Positions 13,294 to 28,400 of a stretch of DNA of 64,000 nucleotides are shown here, piece after piece (within the stretch, counting starts at the first letter, position 1; the number at the start of each line of letters is the position of its first letter). The notes beneath the pieces were generated by a model that was not told the origin of the DNA, searched no databases, and saw only the letters and a program-made list of their open reading frames with translations. Both the position numbers and the translations under genes were made by a program. This stretch comes from Schmidtea polychroa (taxonomy: Eukaryota). The stretch is from NCBI GenBank assembly GCA_044892525.1, contig CM097887.1:26970001-27034000 (forward strand), written 5' to 3'.

Positions 13294-15935
13294 ATGCAAG
13301 ATTACCTCAGTCCATTGTACATGCAGTCACCAAGGCTTATTTTGGTGTCCTCATATTGTAGCATTAGCTTTATTCAGAATTAGGAAGCCGGAAGCTGTTC
13401 AGTTCCGAGAACCCATATCAGGTGTTGATTCATCTGTTTTAATCCTTGAGGAACTGTCTCTTTATTATTGAAAATTTTAGAGTCTCTGGTACGAATGGAT
13501 CGTGACCAGTTACAAAAATTCGCTCAATATCTTATCGCCTCTCATCCAAATCAGGTCTTATCGAGTGCCCAAAATTTAGTGGATCAGTTACTCGAGACAA
13601 ATTCCACCATCAATCAGATATATGGTATGTTATATTTCATTAGTATTTATATATATATATATATATATATATTATATTATTTATTATATTAACATTTCAT
13701 TTACACATCAAATTTTTTCTCATTAATAAAAGTTGTTAATTTTCATAAATTTCTTTGAAATTCAATTTCAAATATAAAATTTAGGAAAATGTAATTTGTG
13801 AGTATTTTTTGTTGTGTTAGAAATATTATTAAGCTAAGCCAATAACAAAATCATATTTGGTGATTAAATCGCTAGTGACAGACAGAAAGTAAGTATTGAA
13901 AATCGAGTAGCTGGCAAGAGTTTAACTAATAAAGTAAAGGCTGGGGTGGGGATTTGTAAGCATGTGTTAATTTGCCATTATTATTCCCTGATTCGAATAT
14001 TATTTCACTTGGTTTTGGCCTTTTAAAGCTATATTGATGGCGAATATAAATTACGTTCTCAATTGATAACAATTTTCATGATGATGATGTCATAATAATT
14101 ACCAATTATCATAATTATCACGCATTATTTGTTACGCATAACTTCAATATCCAAAAAAAATGTTTGAGAAATATATTTATCACTTGATCGTGCAATAATT
14201 TGGCGAACAAAAACCGAGTGTAGCTGTCTCTCTCCTTCTATATATCTCTATCTCTCTCTCTCTCTGCCTCTTTCTCCTTGTATATAGAAAGGTTGTGTAG
14301 ATGAGGAGGATGATGATATTTGCAATACTGCAACATGATGTTGTGTCTTTTGATTTCGGTATAATGTGTTGAATTGAATTTTGTACTTGCCAGCCGAATA
14401 TAGCGTTGAGTAGTGTTGATCTTCCTGATNNNNNNNNNNNNNNNNNNNNNNNNNNNNNNNNNNNNNNNNNNNNNNNNNNNNNNNNNNNNNNNNNNNNNNN
14501 NNNNNNNNNNNNNNNNNNNNNNNNNNNNNNNNNNNNNNNNNNNNNNNNNNNNNNNNNNNNNNNNNNNNNNNNNNNNNNNNNNNNNNNNNNNNNNNNNNNN
14601 NNNNNNNNNNNNNNNNNNNNNNNNNNNNNNNNNNNNNNNNNNNNNNNNNNNNNNNNNNNNNNNNNAAAGGTTGGCTGCTTATTTAATTCTTATTTATTTC
14701 TTATTAATTGATTTTTCTAATGGTGTTTAAACTTTAAGTAAATTCATATTTTAAAAATAAATAAAAGCTAATTATTTACAAATAAACAACAACCGAAGGA
14801 TTAAATGATAAACTGATTTCATGTTTATATTATCGTAATTTCTTTTCGTGTTTGATTTTATACATATATAATCTCTGCCTCGGCCGTTCTGTCAGTCAGA
14901 TGACTAAGCTCCAGCTTCCTAAGAATGATAACGCATCGACAAATCTCTTGATTTACAAGTGTTTTTTTGTTTGCTGGAGAAAATAAAATCGGGTTTGTAA
15001 GTAGTTCTTCTCTTTTTTATATTAGTAATAGGTATTTGTATTTCATTTATTTGTGATTAAATAGCTGATGCTTCTTTTGTTAACAGCTTTGCTTAATATC
15101 TATCATTGCTTTCACTGATAATGTGCTTATTATTAGTATTAGTATTATTACGTGTATTAAACTACCCGGGCTTTTCATTCACATTCAACAAAAGTAACAA
15201 AGGCAGACCATTGCAATGAGATAAAAACTAATAAAATTCTATTGGCAATGTTTTAATTTTGCCTTTGTTCTTTCTGTCTCTGTCACTCTCTCTCTCTTCT
15301 CTCTTTCTCTCTGCCTTTCTCACTGCAGTGTAAACTAATCAAATCATCAACTAGCAACTAATAGCCAGCAGTGAACAGCATTACCAAACACAGCTATACT
15401 CATCCACTATATATGTTCTGGTGCAATGAATTTCAGTTGTTTTTTTTAATTATTCCTACGTCAATCTTTGGCTTTGTTTGACAAGATGCCACTGATTTTA
15501 GAGTAGTCTTTGTCTTTTCTCTTCGTCCTTCTATACTGTATCGTGATAATATTTGATGCTTGCTTGATTGTTTCTTTAAAAACAATTTATTTAAATGATA
15601 ATCGTCCTGCAACACTGGACTTGATTAGCATAATTTTATTAATTATTATTGATTATTATTATTTGCCAAATTTATTTATTCTGTCATTTGGCATATCTCC
15701 AACAGCGATGCTCATTTCAATAATCAAGCATTCANNNNNNNNNNNNNNNNNNNNNNNNNNNNNNNNNNNNNNNNNNNNNNNNNNNNNNNNNNNNNNNNNN
15801 NNNNNNNNNNNNNNNNNNNNNNNNNNNNNNNNNNNNNNNNNNNNNNNNNNNNNNNNNNNNNNNNNNNNNNNNNNNNNNNNCAATGATTTTCATTTCAATT
15901 ATTACTACAATTATACTTTTTGAGATTCTTCTTTA

Positions 15936-15990
<55 letters not shown>

Positions 15991-16156
15991 TTATTATTAT
16001 TTTAAACAATTGAATAATAATTTAGGCCTTTTGATGCAAATAATATATTTAGTATAAATGATAAAAAAATTTCATTTATATTAAATATTATTTGCAGAAA
16101 AAAGCTTAAATTATCATTTAATTGTTTAAAATTTAATAATTGCTGCTACCACTTTA

Positions 16157-16189
<33 letters not shown>

Positions 16190-16359
16190 GTTAGTGTTAG
16201 TGTTAGTGTTATTTCAAGTGGCATGAAATGTGGGACTAGCTGTTGTCTATTTGCTGCTGTCTTTAAGTTTATTCTGTGTTATTGCATTGAATCTGATTTT
16301 CTATGGAATTTGTTTACTTTTTCAAGGCAGATGTTGTAATCTATTGAAATTGATCTATA

Positions 16360-16446
<87 letters not shown>

Positions 16447-19400
16447 CTTTTTTAAAAATAATAGTCAATATATCAGATTTGTAATGATTGATTTATTGAT
16501 AATGCGGTGTTATTCGCGTATTATTCGCTTCCCATTCGTCAATTGACTATGTTATATAAAACTAGCATCAATTATTACCAGATAAATTATCGATAAATAT
16601 CATAAATTATTGAATTGAAAATTGAATGAAATATTGTTTTTAGTTTTTTCTAATCATTATATTATCTATATTTTATCATTCACTTTTATGAAACACGTTT
16701 TATCATTAACACTCATGGCATTTTTTATCATTTTAATTTTTCAATCTAAATGAAATTTCATTATAGTTTATGATTTCCATTTCTTAGTTTTATTAGTCTT
16801 ATTATCTTAGTTACTCAATGCTTTAACGGATGTGGTGAAATTATTTTCTGCTGCTTTCATTGATCACATTGAATATACAAATTCGATTGATTAATCTGTG
16901 AATTATTGTCTTTTATTGAATTTTCCCTATGACATTCACATTATTTATTGAAAATATTTAATAGCTCTAATGACAATGTTAATAATAATTATTATTATTT
17001 AAAACAATAAATTGATATTTTAAGCCTTTTGCTGCAAATAATGCATTTAATGAAAAAAAAATCGACTATAAGATAGCCCTTGTCAATATTTATTTTATTG
17101 TTTTAAATAATAAATGCTGCTACCAAGAAATCATCACTTTATACTTTATTATTATTATTATTATTTGTTTGCAACCTTTCACTGATCTCATAGCCTAAAC
17201 TGCTGCAGCTAGATAGTTGAAAATTTGCATAGCTGCAGGCTAAAAAGAATTTTTGTCGATAGCTCGATATAAAGTACACCATCCTGTAAAACTCGCATAT
17301 ATTTTCAAATTTTTTTTTATTTATATTTAGTTTTCTAAAGTATCATATGATGTTTTTAAATATTCAATTCATGCGATTAATAAAACGATGATATCATGTC
17401 TTATTGTTTTCTCATCTTTTTATTAATTTAAATTTCAACTGGTTTTATAAAAACATTTGAAATTACCAATATTTTCAAATTTCATCATTTCCATTGAAGG
17501 TGCTCCAGATCCAACAGCAGGAGCTGGAGTTGCCCAGCCAGAACCTCAATGGCATCTAAATGAAGCTCAAATCCGTGAACAAGTTAATCATCAATTGATC
17601 TCGTTGTCTGTCAGTGAAATTCCCGCCTCTTTATCAGCCATGTGTATTAAGGTTCGAGAAATGTTGCGAGTTCAAGACTCGAATGGAGCACGAATGTTAG
17701 CTCTAATGACAGATCAATGTTTAAAAGATAATCGGTTATCCATTTTCAAAATGCGTCAAGCAGAAATGTGGCCGGCTTATCGAGATTTGTGGGAAGAACT
17801 GTCACAATTATGGATTTGTGTCGTATTATGTCCATGGATTTCTACGGCCGATCGTCAGAAATGGAAACAGAAATTGATTGAATGGAGTCAGCATGACTGT
17901 TGTCCTCCTGAAGATTGGGACTATGGGCATCAATCTCCGGGTCCTTACAGTGTTATCCCAGAACTTGATGATGAATATTTATCACCTATTGATGAGATTC
18001 AGTCTAGAAACAGACAGTCAAACAGTGTTTTCAGATTAGCTTTGATCGCAGCAGATATGTGCTGGGATCTTCCGCATTTACAGGTTGGTAATATTGATTT
18101 ATAAATTTTATTTTTATTATTAATTATTATTTTATTAATATTATTATTTATTATTGAATAAATACATGGCAACAATTTAATTATAAGAATGCGCCACTCA
18201 AACATTCGTTTCACGATATTTCGACAGTTTTCCTGTCATCGGGTAAGATAAAATAACTAGAAATTATAGATTTTGAACAAATTANNNNNNNNNNNNNNNN
18301 NNNNNNNNNNNNNNNNNNNNNNNNNNNNNNNNNNNNNNNNNNNNNNNNNNNNNNNNNNNNNNNNNNNNNNNNNNNNNNNNNNNNNNNNNNNNNNNNNNNN
18401 NNNNNNNNNNNNNNNNNNNNNNNNNNNNNNNNNNNNNNNNNNNNNNNNATATTTTTTATTATTTTATTAATCATTATTATTTATTTTTATTCTCCTTATT
18501 AATTATTATTATTTTATTAATATTATTATTAATTAATTACTTTTTCTGTTACTTCTAGAAAATAAATAAATTGAATATTAAACTATTAATATTTATATGA
18601 TTGTAATTATAAAATGTTTAAATGAAATAGCATAAGCACTTCTGTCAACTTTGATTTCCCAGGAGAATTTCTTTAGACCTCGAATCTAGTCAATTGATAT
18701 CTTGTTGGCTCATTGAAATTCTTTTATCTTTCTATTTTCGATCTCTTGTCCTTCAAAATTATATGAAATTCAGTTGAATTCAATTTCCTTAGTGATATTT
18801 CTTTTGAAATTTTATTGACTGCACTGCTTATGTTCAAATAATTCAATGCTTCTGTATTGCAGTATTTTACATTACGTCAAAGAAAAAATATTAAATGCTT
18901 ACTGTAAAATGCAGCCATGTAGTAAAATAAAGTTTTTTTTGCAATAGACCTTAGAATAAAAAATTTTAGATACATTTAAACAGTATTTGAAAAATATTAC
19001 TTTCTCTTATATTTTGTTCACATGGGAATTGTTATTATAATTGCTTTAAATGTTCGCATTTTACACAAGCACAAATTAGTAATTTTAAAATATAAATAAA
19101 TGGAAATATTAATAAGAAATCAATAATTTTTTGAGCACATTTATTTGAATTATCTTTGTGATAATAAAAAAAATAGAAAGTGAACAATTCTGTCATTAGA
19201 TTATATTTTAATTATTGTTACCTATTTGTAAACTTTGAAATTATCTATCTAAAATTCTTTCGCTATCATTTAAAATTCATCTATAGCAGCAACAAATTGG
19301 TTTTCACTCATTTTTTTATTCATCAAATAATCTGTCACAAATCTCTTCAGCCAAATTCATTCTGATCTCAGCATCGCATTTCATAATACTGTTGTAAGTC

Positions 19401-22400
19401 GTTTCATGAATACAGGCAGATTCCATATACAAGAAAGCTTGTTGAGACATTGATTCAAGACAACGGAATCTTTCATTTTCAATAGTTAAAGTTTCAACAT
19501 ATCATAGACAATTCGTCAACATATCGTTTATTATATTAAATTATATGATGAAATTTTCTTTTCGAAACTTGACATGAAAATTACGAATATTAGTTGTTAA
19601 ATATTGGATATTAATATTACCATTTAGTTGTGATTAATACGATTCTTAGCCTGGAGAAGACTGTTAAACGGTCTAAATATAGCAATGTTATATTTTAATA
19701 TACTTGGCGATTTTCTATAATAATAATAATAAATTGTTTAATATTTTAAAATAATTTATATATACAATAATTTCTCGGATCTCCTCTTAACCGGATAAAA
19801 TAATAATTATTGAGCTGAGAAAGTATCCGCTCAAATTATTCCCATGCCTTATTTGTATTGGATAGCCAATAATATTTTATTCCAGCATCAGGACAATGCC
19901 TATTTTAATTCATGTACAATTTTTTTTTAATTTTCATTACTTTATTTTCTAACAACTTATACTAAATTCCAATTTAGCCGGTATTAAAAATAATTAAATT
20001 ATTTTTATTAGGTTAAATAATAAAAATCACCATTTTTATAGCGCTAATCTTTGAATTATTTGAGGGGTAATAAATAAATTGATTTACTAATACACCTAAA
20101 CCTCGATTGGTGTCGTTCCGATTTGTGTCGTTAAAATTTCAATTTGCATTGTTAAATTTTAATAATTTTTTAAGATGTAAAATTTGCAGGGACCCTAAAT
20201 AAAATTTATTTTGACCAAACAAAAACGATTAATCACGCAACAATGAGCAACAATGTGAGGTCTTTAAGTTTAAAATGAATTAAAGGATTCAAAAAATTAT
20301 CAAATGTAAAAATTATAATTTTTATGAATTTAGAGAACTTTTGTTTTAATTTAATGATTTTTTAAGTTTTTTTATTTAATCTACTGTTTTAATTTATAAT
20401 GAATTAGAGTTTTTGTTGATATTCATCACTTATGATATAAAAACATTTTTATTATTATTATAAGAACTTTTATTTCTTTCAATTTCACCACTGATTATTT
20501 TATCCATTGAATTGAAAAGAGAGTTTGAAGACTATAAATCATATTTTATTAATAAAATTTGGTTTGTTTCATGAAATTTACTACAAGTTACCAATTAATG
20601 AAAAACTGGTATAAACACATACGATAAATTATTTCGATTAGCGTCGTCCTTCTACGGTCCCAATTAACGATGTTTAAGTGTACAAGTATTTTGAACATTT
20701 TAAAAGTAAAGTTTAAATAACAAAAATTTATTTTAGCACATCTATTCCAGGAAAGTGCTAAATATATCAAAACTAAGTAAATAAAATACTTTTTAAACAT
20801 TCTGTTATACGCATGGAATTTTATAATGTTTTATATACCAAAAATAACAAATAGAATATCTACAATAAAATCATAACACACAGATTTTCCTTTTAAAATA
20901 TCCTTAAAAATAACTTATTTATTAAAATATATATATATTTGTTGTACAAAAATTCAAAACATGTCTAATTTCATATGTATCCATATATGCACAAGTATAT
21001 ATGTGACCGCAAATTATTAAAATAACGAAATAGACATCGAATCTAAAGATGAAATAACCAGTTTCATTCTTTAATCGAAATTTACTATGTCTTCAGTGAT
21101 TACATCATATAACCTGGCAATTGGTTGTAAAAAGGAATTTAAGGTCTGCTGCTTTACTGAAGTTGTTTGTAGTAGTCTTAAATGTTGACATCACGCACAT
21201 TTTTTATGGTACGTTCTTCTATAGAATATTCGCGAAAGATCTTTAACCCTTTTGTTACCACATTATTTTTTTGTTCAAAATCGAATTTTATTTTCGAAAA
21301 TGAATTTTATGTATGGTAATCTTTAAACCAATTAATGATACAAAGGGCATCATCACAATCTGAGCACCAATATCTAATATCTTTTCTGGTGTTATATAAA
21401 GAGCAAACAACGCATCTTCGAGCTTGATTGGAATGAGGGATCGCTGAAATAAAATGACGTGCTGTCAAACGTAATGGGAAGGATTTATTTAAAAGATCGA
21501 CCAACACAAAAAATTTTCTGAAACCATTGTTAGTAAATAAAGTTTGATATTTAGTTTGAAGTCAGAAAGCGGAGTTGTGATCATGTGATCATGAATCTTA
21601 TATAAATTGTGAACGCACATATCATGCAAGTGGAAGAATACTTTACAGTATTCAAGAACAGATTTTGGCTTTGTTTGCTCTTGATTAATCCGCATATCCA
21701 TTTTCGCCGTTTTTGCCATTGAGAATTCATGAATGGTAGTAAGCATAAATACTTCTCTTTTGTCCATCTTTTTGAAATAAATTATTCTTTTGGAGCACGA
21801 AGTATGAAATTCTCCTTTTCCTTAGTTTTGATGATAACTTAGGTAAGTTTCTCCTATTCTTTCTAATCGTACCCCAGACTTTAGTATCATTTTCGTAGAA
21901 ATATAGAAAAAGTTCAGAACTAAAATACCTATTGTCGAGGTATAAATGATGATTTCTTTTGAGGTAAGGGTGTATAAGCGTATAAACAATAAATCCGTTT
22001 GTACCTAAATTGTCGATATGGGTATTAATGGTTATATCTTAACGAGTTCGATATAGATAGAAAGAGAAAGACAGAAAGAAATTTAAAAAAAATTGAGGGA
22101 AAATGGAAATTTCATTAAGTTTTAGTTTTGAACTACGTAAATCAGGAATTGGTGTGGCTTTAAAACATTACTGTTATTGTAAAATATGATTTGATATTCG
22201 AGAAGTCAACAAAAAGAATATACTAAGTGGAAAAAATTGAAAAAACAGCTAATTGATAGTTTAATGGCGTTCAAGGGCAAATCTTTTTTACAGTTACACA
22301 TTCGAGTTCATGTAGCGACCCTATAAATGGTTTAATTGAGATATTTAGAACTACAAAGACGAAATGATAATTACGTTAAAAGACTAGCAATATAAAAATT

Positions 22401-25400
22401 ACGCGGAAATATTACCAGATGTGGTATTTATGTTAAATGTTATTTGGAAGACAGCAGAATTTTCACTTTTTTCAAGCAATTCATAAGCAGTGGATGAAAA
22501 AAAGATTGTTATTTAAATGATAAGAGAGAGAGATTGTCTCGGAAATTTAAAAATAAACAGGATAAAGAAATAAATCTGATTACACAAACTTTATTGGAAT
22601 TTTGAGATTGTAAGTAAAATATTAATATCAAAAGAGAATGTTAGAAGAATGGATGGATATTACATAGGTCCTCATGTCATAGACTATGTGCTAAGGAATT
22701 AAAATGTAATGAAATTATTCAAAATGTTTAATGGATTTAAATTTTTAATTGAAAGGAATGTAAGGTGAGATAGTAATATATGATATACCATTTCTATAAT
22801 TCAACCTGCTATTAGAAGATAAATGTATCCACTAACGGATATATGCACGCAAAGATGCAGTCAGAACCACGAAGTAAATGGAAAATATATCCGGTTCTAT
22901 CCACATAAATTAAAATGTCAAAATTAACACGCAATTTTAAGTTGTTATGCTTCGGTGTATTTTTATTTAACCATAAAAAATATCACGTGACTATGACGTA
23001 CAAATTGTCTGATTATAGAAGATTCAACTTGGAAATGGTGTAATAAATCTATTATTTAGCCAGGTCACTTTGATATCAATATGTGGATGTACGGGCATAT
23101 TGGTGTGGGTATAATATAATATCAATAATAATATAATATCAATATAATATCAATAATAACTCCTAAACGAATAATACTCCCTTTCTAAATTGTGTGATTG
23201 GAATCAGTATAAATAAGTGTTTCAATTGTATGTTCGAATTAGGATTTCATTAAATAAATACTACAATTTGGTCCTGGCAACCAGTATGTCATTGTGTAGG
23301 TTTTTTATATAGAGTTAAAAATAATTGAAATTCTGTAACAAATACATTTATTAAAACGGATAAATGTTTAGTGGGCCTTTAATTCATATGTAACATATAT
23401 CAAATTATCATTTTATTCTATTATTCTCTGTTAATCAAATTCCTCATTGACCACAGAATAATATTTTAGTTAAATTTTTTATATTAAATTCTTATTTAAA
23501 ATTATTTCCTTTTGAATAAATGATAATTGTCATGGGTATGGTGTAACATAGAAAACTTTTCTTTCAGTTTATCCTTTAAATTTGCATAGATTATTTTTTA
23601 CATATAAATTATAACTTTCAAGTAATATCGGAAACTTATTATCAAATTATTGAGCTATTTGAAGTGAAAATTATTTTTTTGATTTTAAATATTTTTAAGA
23701 TATTGTTTTTAAAGTGAAAATTTAATTTTCCTGTCACCTATCATTGATTTTTGGAGATTTGGAGATATTTTCTGTTCATTGATTATCTTCCATGTCCGTC
23801 AAATATTTTTGAATAAGTTAATAGTGCTTCAATCAATAATTAATTGAGTTATTATCGATTACATTTTCTCTCATCTACTAAGTGACGCATTTGATAAAGG
23901 CGCAGCAGGGAAATTAATTAAATTTTTAAATATACTCAACTTTTGGAAAGTATGTTGGCAGTCCTTTATAGATAATTGTTCAAACGTTTTCCCTGTAGTC
24001 CCGAAAACACAAGTGGGTCCTAGGTTGATCTTTCAAGATTATGTAATAAATATAGTAGTTCATTTGCATGTCGCATACATATAAGCCAATTCAACGGCTT
24101 ACAATATTCTTGCTCCAGCAATACAATAATCTCTCCAATCTGCCCAGCGATGACATGAGTATCGTCGCATCCAATTGTGACCAAACCGTTAACAGGTATA
24201 TTGTTTTCAGCGAGATACTTAGCTATAATTGATTTGACGCACTCTGCGGAACCTTGGTGCTAAAATTGGGGTGGTATTTTTTCATATTGGAAAAGTGATT
24301 GAGCTTTCTTTCATTAATGTTTTTAAAGAAAATCAACAATTTCACCATAAATAATTTAACATTATTAAGCATTTCATAGACTAGTGATCATTCACTTTGT
24401 AAATTAAGATTTTACTCATATAATATCATTTGAAAAGAAAGTCATTTAACCAAGATACCTGATTTAGTTCTTGAAACTCATTAACTTCCTGTTTCATTAT
24501 CAAAACTGCGATAATATCCTCTGTTGATTTTCATATTCTGTTAAAATCACGTCCTGGGTTAAACCAGTCGCAACTTTCGTTATACAGTTCCATTTTAACT
24601 CTTTTGCTTAAGCGATTTATTTGTTTGAATCAGTTGATTTAACTTGGTCACTTCTCCTTTTCGCTGATAGACTTTGGAAATAATTTGTTCTTTGACTAGT
24701 AATATTTTCATAACCTATCCCTAAATTATTTCTAAAATATAATGCTTTACTTATAACGCAAATTCAGTGTGAATCGTTAAAACATACCCTACAAAGATGC
24801 TTTGGAATAAGAACGGCTACAATATTTACACGTACATCAAAGCATAGAGGCCATAAGGTCGTAAGCATGAACTTTTGAACAGATTCTTGATTTTCAATTA
24901 GCTGATTTAGACTGGCTAAAACATCCACATAACGACTAGCATTTGTAAGCATACTCCACTCCATTATTTATTTATTGCTTTAATTCATGTTTATTAAATA
25001 ATAGCTGGCCAGTTTTTTGTCCAATTTGTTTATTATACTTGATAAAGATTGTATTGAAAATATGTGTATAGTTTTAATTCGTTGATGAAAATGAATAAAT
25101 ATAAAGAAATAGTTTACAGTGTAAAAGTTCGAATCGTTGCCCATGTTGAATTATTTACAAATTTTACTATCTCATAAAATAATTTATTACAAAAGAATTT
25201 CAAATTTAATTTAAATAATTTTTAACTGTTGATTTATATTATAATGAATGGATATTTGTTTATATCTTTTGTGCTTGAAGTTTTGAAAGTTTTTATTTAA
25301 TTATGTTTATTTTATGGCTTCTGAAACTTTAATTTTGATTCTAAAATAAAATTTCTGTCTGCTATCTTTTAATATAATTTATAACTTGTAATCAAAGCAA

Positions 25401-28400
25401 AGAGCATTTGAAATGGACTTCAATTTTGTACAAAGTTAAATATGTAATTTATTTATTTATTATCTTCATTTTAGTCTAATTGAATAATCCACACTGAATA
25501 AATACACACTTGATAAAGGCTGTGCTGAAATATCGTGTACCTTATATATTGTTTTGATATTATTGTCTTACAAATATTATGATGAAAATTATTGAATTAT
25601 TGAATCTTTTTTGTAAATATTTGATTATGATTGATTAATCTTTAATTTAAATTAATTAAAATCATATCGAATTTTCACATTTCAAAATTATAAATTTTCG
25701 ATATATAAATAATTATATTTTAAATTGGGTATGGTTAAACAATTGAGATTAATTAGATTTATTTTTTGTGGTTTTAAAAGTTATTTTCCAATGGAAAATT
25801 GTTTTTATTATATAGATTTATTTTATTGTGTTTTCTCTAATATGATTCGTCGTTGCATGTAAAATTTGCGGTGAAATATTGATCTGCTTATGATATTAGC
25901 CACTTCCATTGATTGGAACTCATTTTCAGCAAGCAAAATAAATCAATGATGAAAAACTCCTTTTCTGGGGCCTAGTTGAATTATCTTAATTGAAAAATGT
26001 TTACATTAGTATGACATTAAAATAGTATTTGTAAACTAGCATTAATATAACATTCCAGTTTCTTTATTGTAAATACCCAAATCAATAAATTCACATATTA
26101 GTTAATAGGTCAATGTTTATACCATCTCCCAGCTCACTTAAAATACAACCCGGAAAAGCACACGTAATAATTCTTCAGATCTAGAAGTATTATTTGTCAT
26201 CTTAAAGACCCATCGACACCGATTATAAAGGCGTTGAGATTATGATAAATAACTTCCATGTGCTAAGACTAAGTAAATTCAAATAAAGGTTTTTATGTTA
26301 TGATTGAGTTTTCGTTATCCATGATTGATAGTGGATTCCATATTTAATATTGACAGAAAATAACATAAAGATTTCTGGCGTAGCGACTTATTAATGATGT
26401 CATCAGAAAGAGGCAAAAATTATGAAATTTATTTGTTATAAAATTACAATGTTACTTTATAATACATTGTTTTCTTTGATACTTTAAATAATGATCGTAA
26501 CAGTTATATTAATGAAATTTTTGTCATTTATAAATGTTTTTTTAATATAATTTTTAACATTTTCAAAAGTTAACCGATAAAATATAAGCTCAGGACTTTT
26601 TCTATATTAAAGTTAGATCCGATTTCAAATAATAACTTAAATAGTATTTCCAGTTCTTGAATAAGAATGAACCTATTATTTTTTACCCCTTAACTATCAA
26701 AGAAACGCACATAAATATATTGTTTATATATTTTTTTATTATTATTATAAGAACTTTTTTCGATTTTCACCTCTTATTTCTTTTCAATTGGAATTTTCAA
26801 AAAGTCTGCCGAAAATTCGTGAATATCAAAAAACATCGATATCTTCACTGATTCATAGTCGATTCTTTTATAAATACTATTTTTATATATTTATACGAGA
26901 AAGCTTTACTTGTTGAACAGAGTCAACTTTTAATCATAATTTTTAGATTTAAGTTTGAACTTGTATATTTTACTGTGTATTACTGCGTATTGACAGCTTT
27001 ATCTGGCATCTGTTGTAAAACTAATTATTAAATTTAACCGCAATCATCGGTTTAAGATCACTGTAGTTATTTTTATAATTTGTTAATTTCCTGGCTCATT
27101 TCTTATCACGATTGGCATAGATAATTCACTGTGATATCTGAATTATCGTCGAATTTATCTTTATTTGCACCCCTGTTGCCACTATTTGAACTCCTAACCC
27201 CAATTAAAGTTCCGTGTGGCATTTCTTTCTTTGTTGCAAATTATAGCTATTCGGTATGTTGGGATTAATCACGAAATCAATTGAATTGGAACTGGGCTGT
27301 TTGGATTCGCTTTTGGTTTAAATTGAGATGGAGTTGAAGTGCAATGTTTTCACTTTATTGAAGGCCGAGTAAGGCTGTGCAATCAACGATCGCAATTTAA
27401 TCTTAAACTTTCTCAGACTGTTAATAACTTTATATTTTTGCTTTTTATTAGTCTTTGCAATTCTTTAATCACGAATTTTGCTTGCCAACCTATTCTTACA
27501 TATTGGTAAATGGTTATCAGTAATATCTAGTTCGTTTTTCGGATTTTTTCATCCTAAAAGACTAAGCTTACTATAAAATATTTACATTTTGGTAGGTTGA
27601 TCGAATGAAAAGTCTTTAAATCAGTTTCATTTACTTCAGCATACACAATCATCACCGAGGAGCTATTGGTATAATATTTTGATTCTTTCTTGGTTAATCT
27701 ATCTTCTTTATATAAATTAATTTTTACCTTCATGAAATAACTACAAGGTGCGTTAATTCCCTGTTAATGTGAGGGTTATACTTATTACGATCCTTTTGCA
27801 GTTATTTATATATCCATTTATTCATTTCAATTTATTTTTAACAATTCTGTTATCATTCTACTATTAGTAACGCTTTCTAAATTTGGCATTTCCCGTATCC
27901 ATAACATATGAAAAAGTTTACCATTGAAATGTTAAACAGATTACCAATCAGGTATCTTTCTATAGTAATATGACCGTTTATTTTAATTGCAATCATATAA
28001 TCATCATACTTTGATTATGTTCTTTTGATATGGATAAAATCACTGGACTAATAATTTAATGTATCAAACGTTTAGCGCCTCAAAATTATATATTCTAATT
28101 GGGATCAGGATTATACATTTGTCATGTATTATTTTCTAAATTTATCAAAGCAGTCACTTCTTTTTTTTTGGTATATTTCCATTTTTTTTCTATTTCACTC
28201 ATAGAATGATTTGATCCAATTATTGAAATATGCTCAATGAAACATGGAAATAATCCCCGGATTTAGGATTCAACATGTTTTAACTTCAAAAGTATTTGTG
28301 TTACTAGTTTTAATAAAACTTACTGTCTCACATCAGTCTGGATTTTGATCAACTACAGATTTAGAGGGAAATGTTTATTAAGTTGTTAGGCTTGGAAAGG

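Noticed and set aside
17190-17245. miR-153-like pre-miRNA; also a miR-31-like string near 16325
   Set aside because: The stem is too short and bulged; the miR-31 seed does not match.
22400-22750. GTF2IRD2-type hAT remnant (CHRLCAKEL)
   Set aside because: One short motif only.
27500-28130. Gypsy RT remnant (GAKR, YDD, KC.F)
   Set aside because: Motif spacing is inconsistent and there are many stops.
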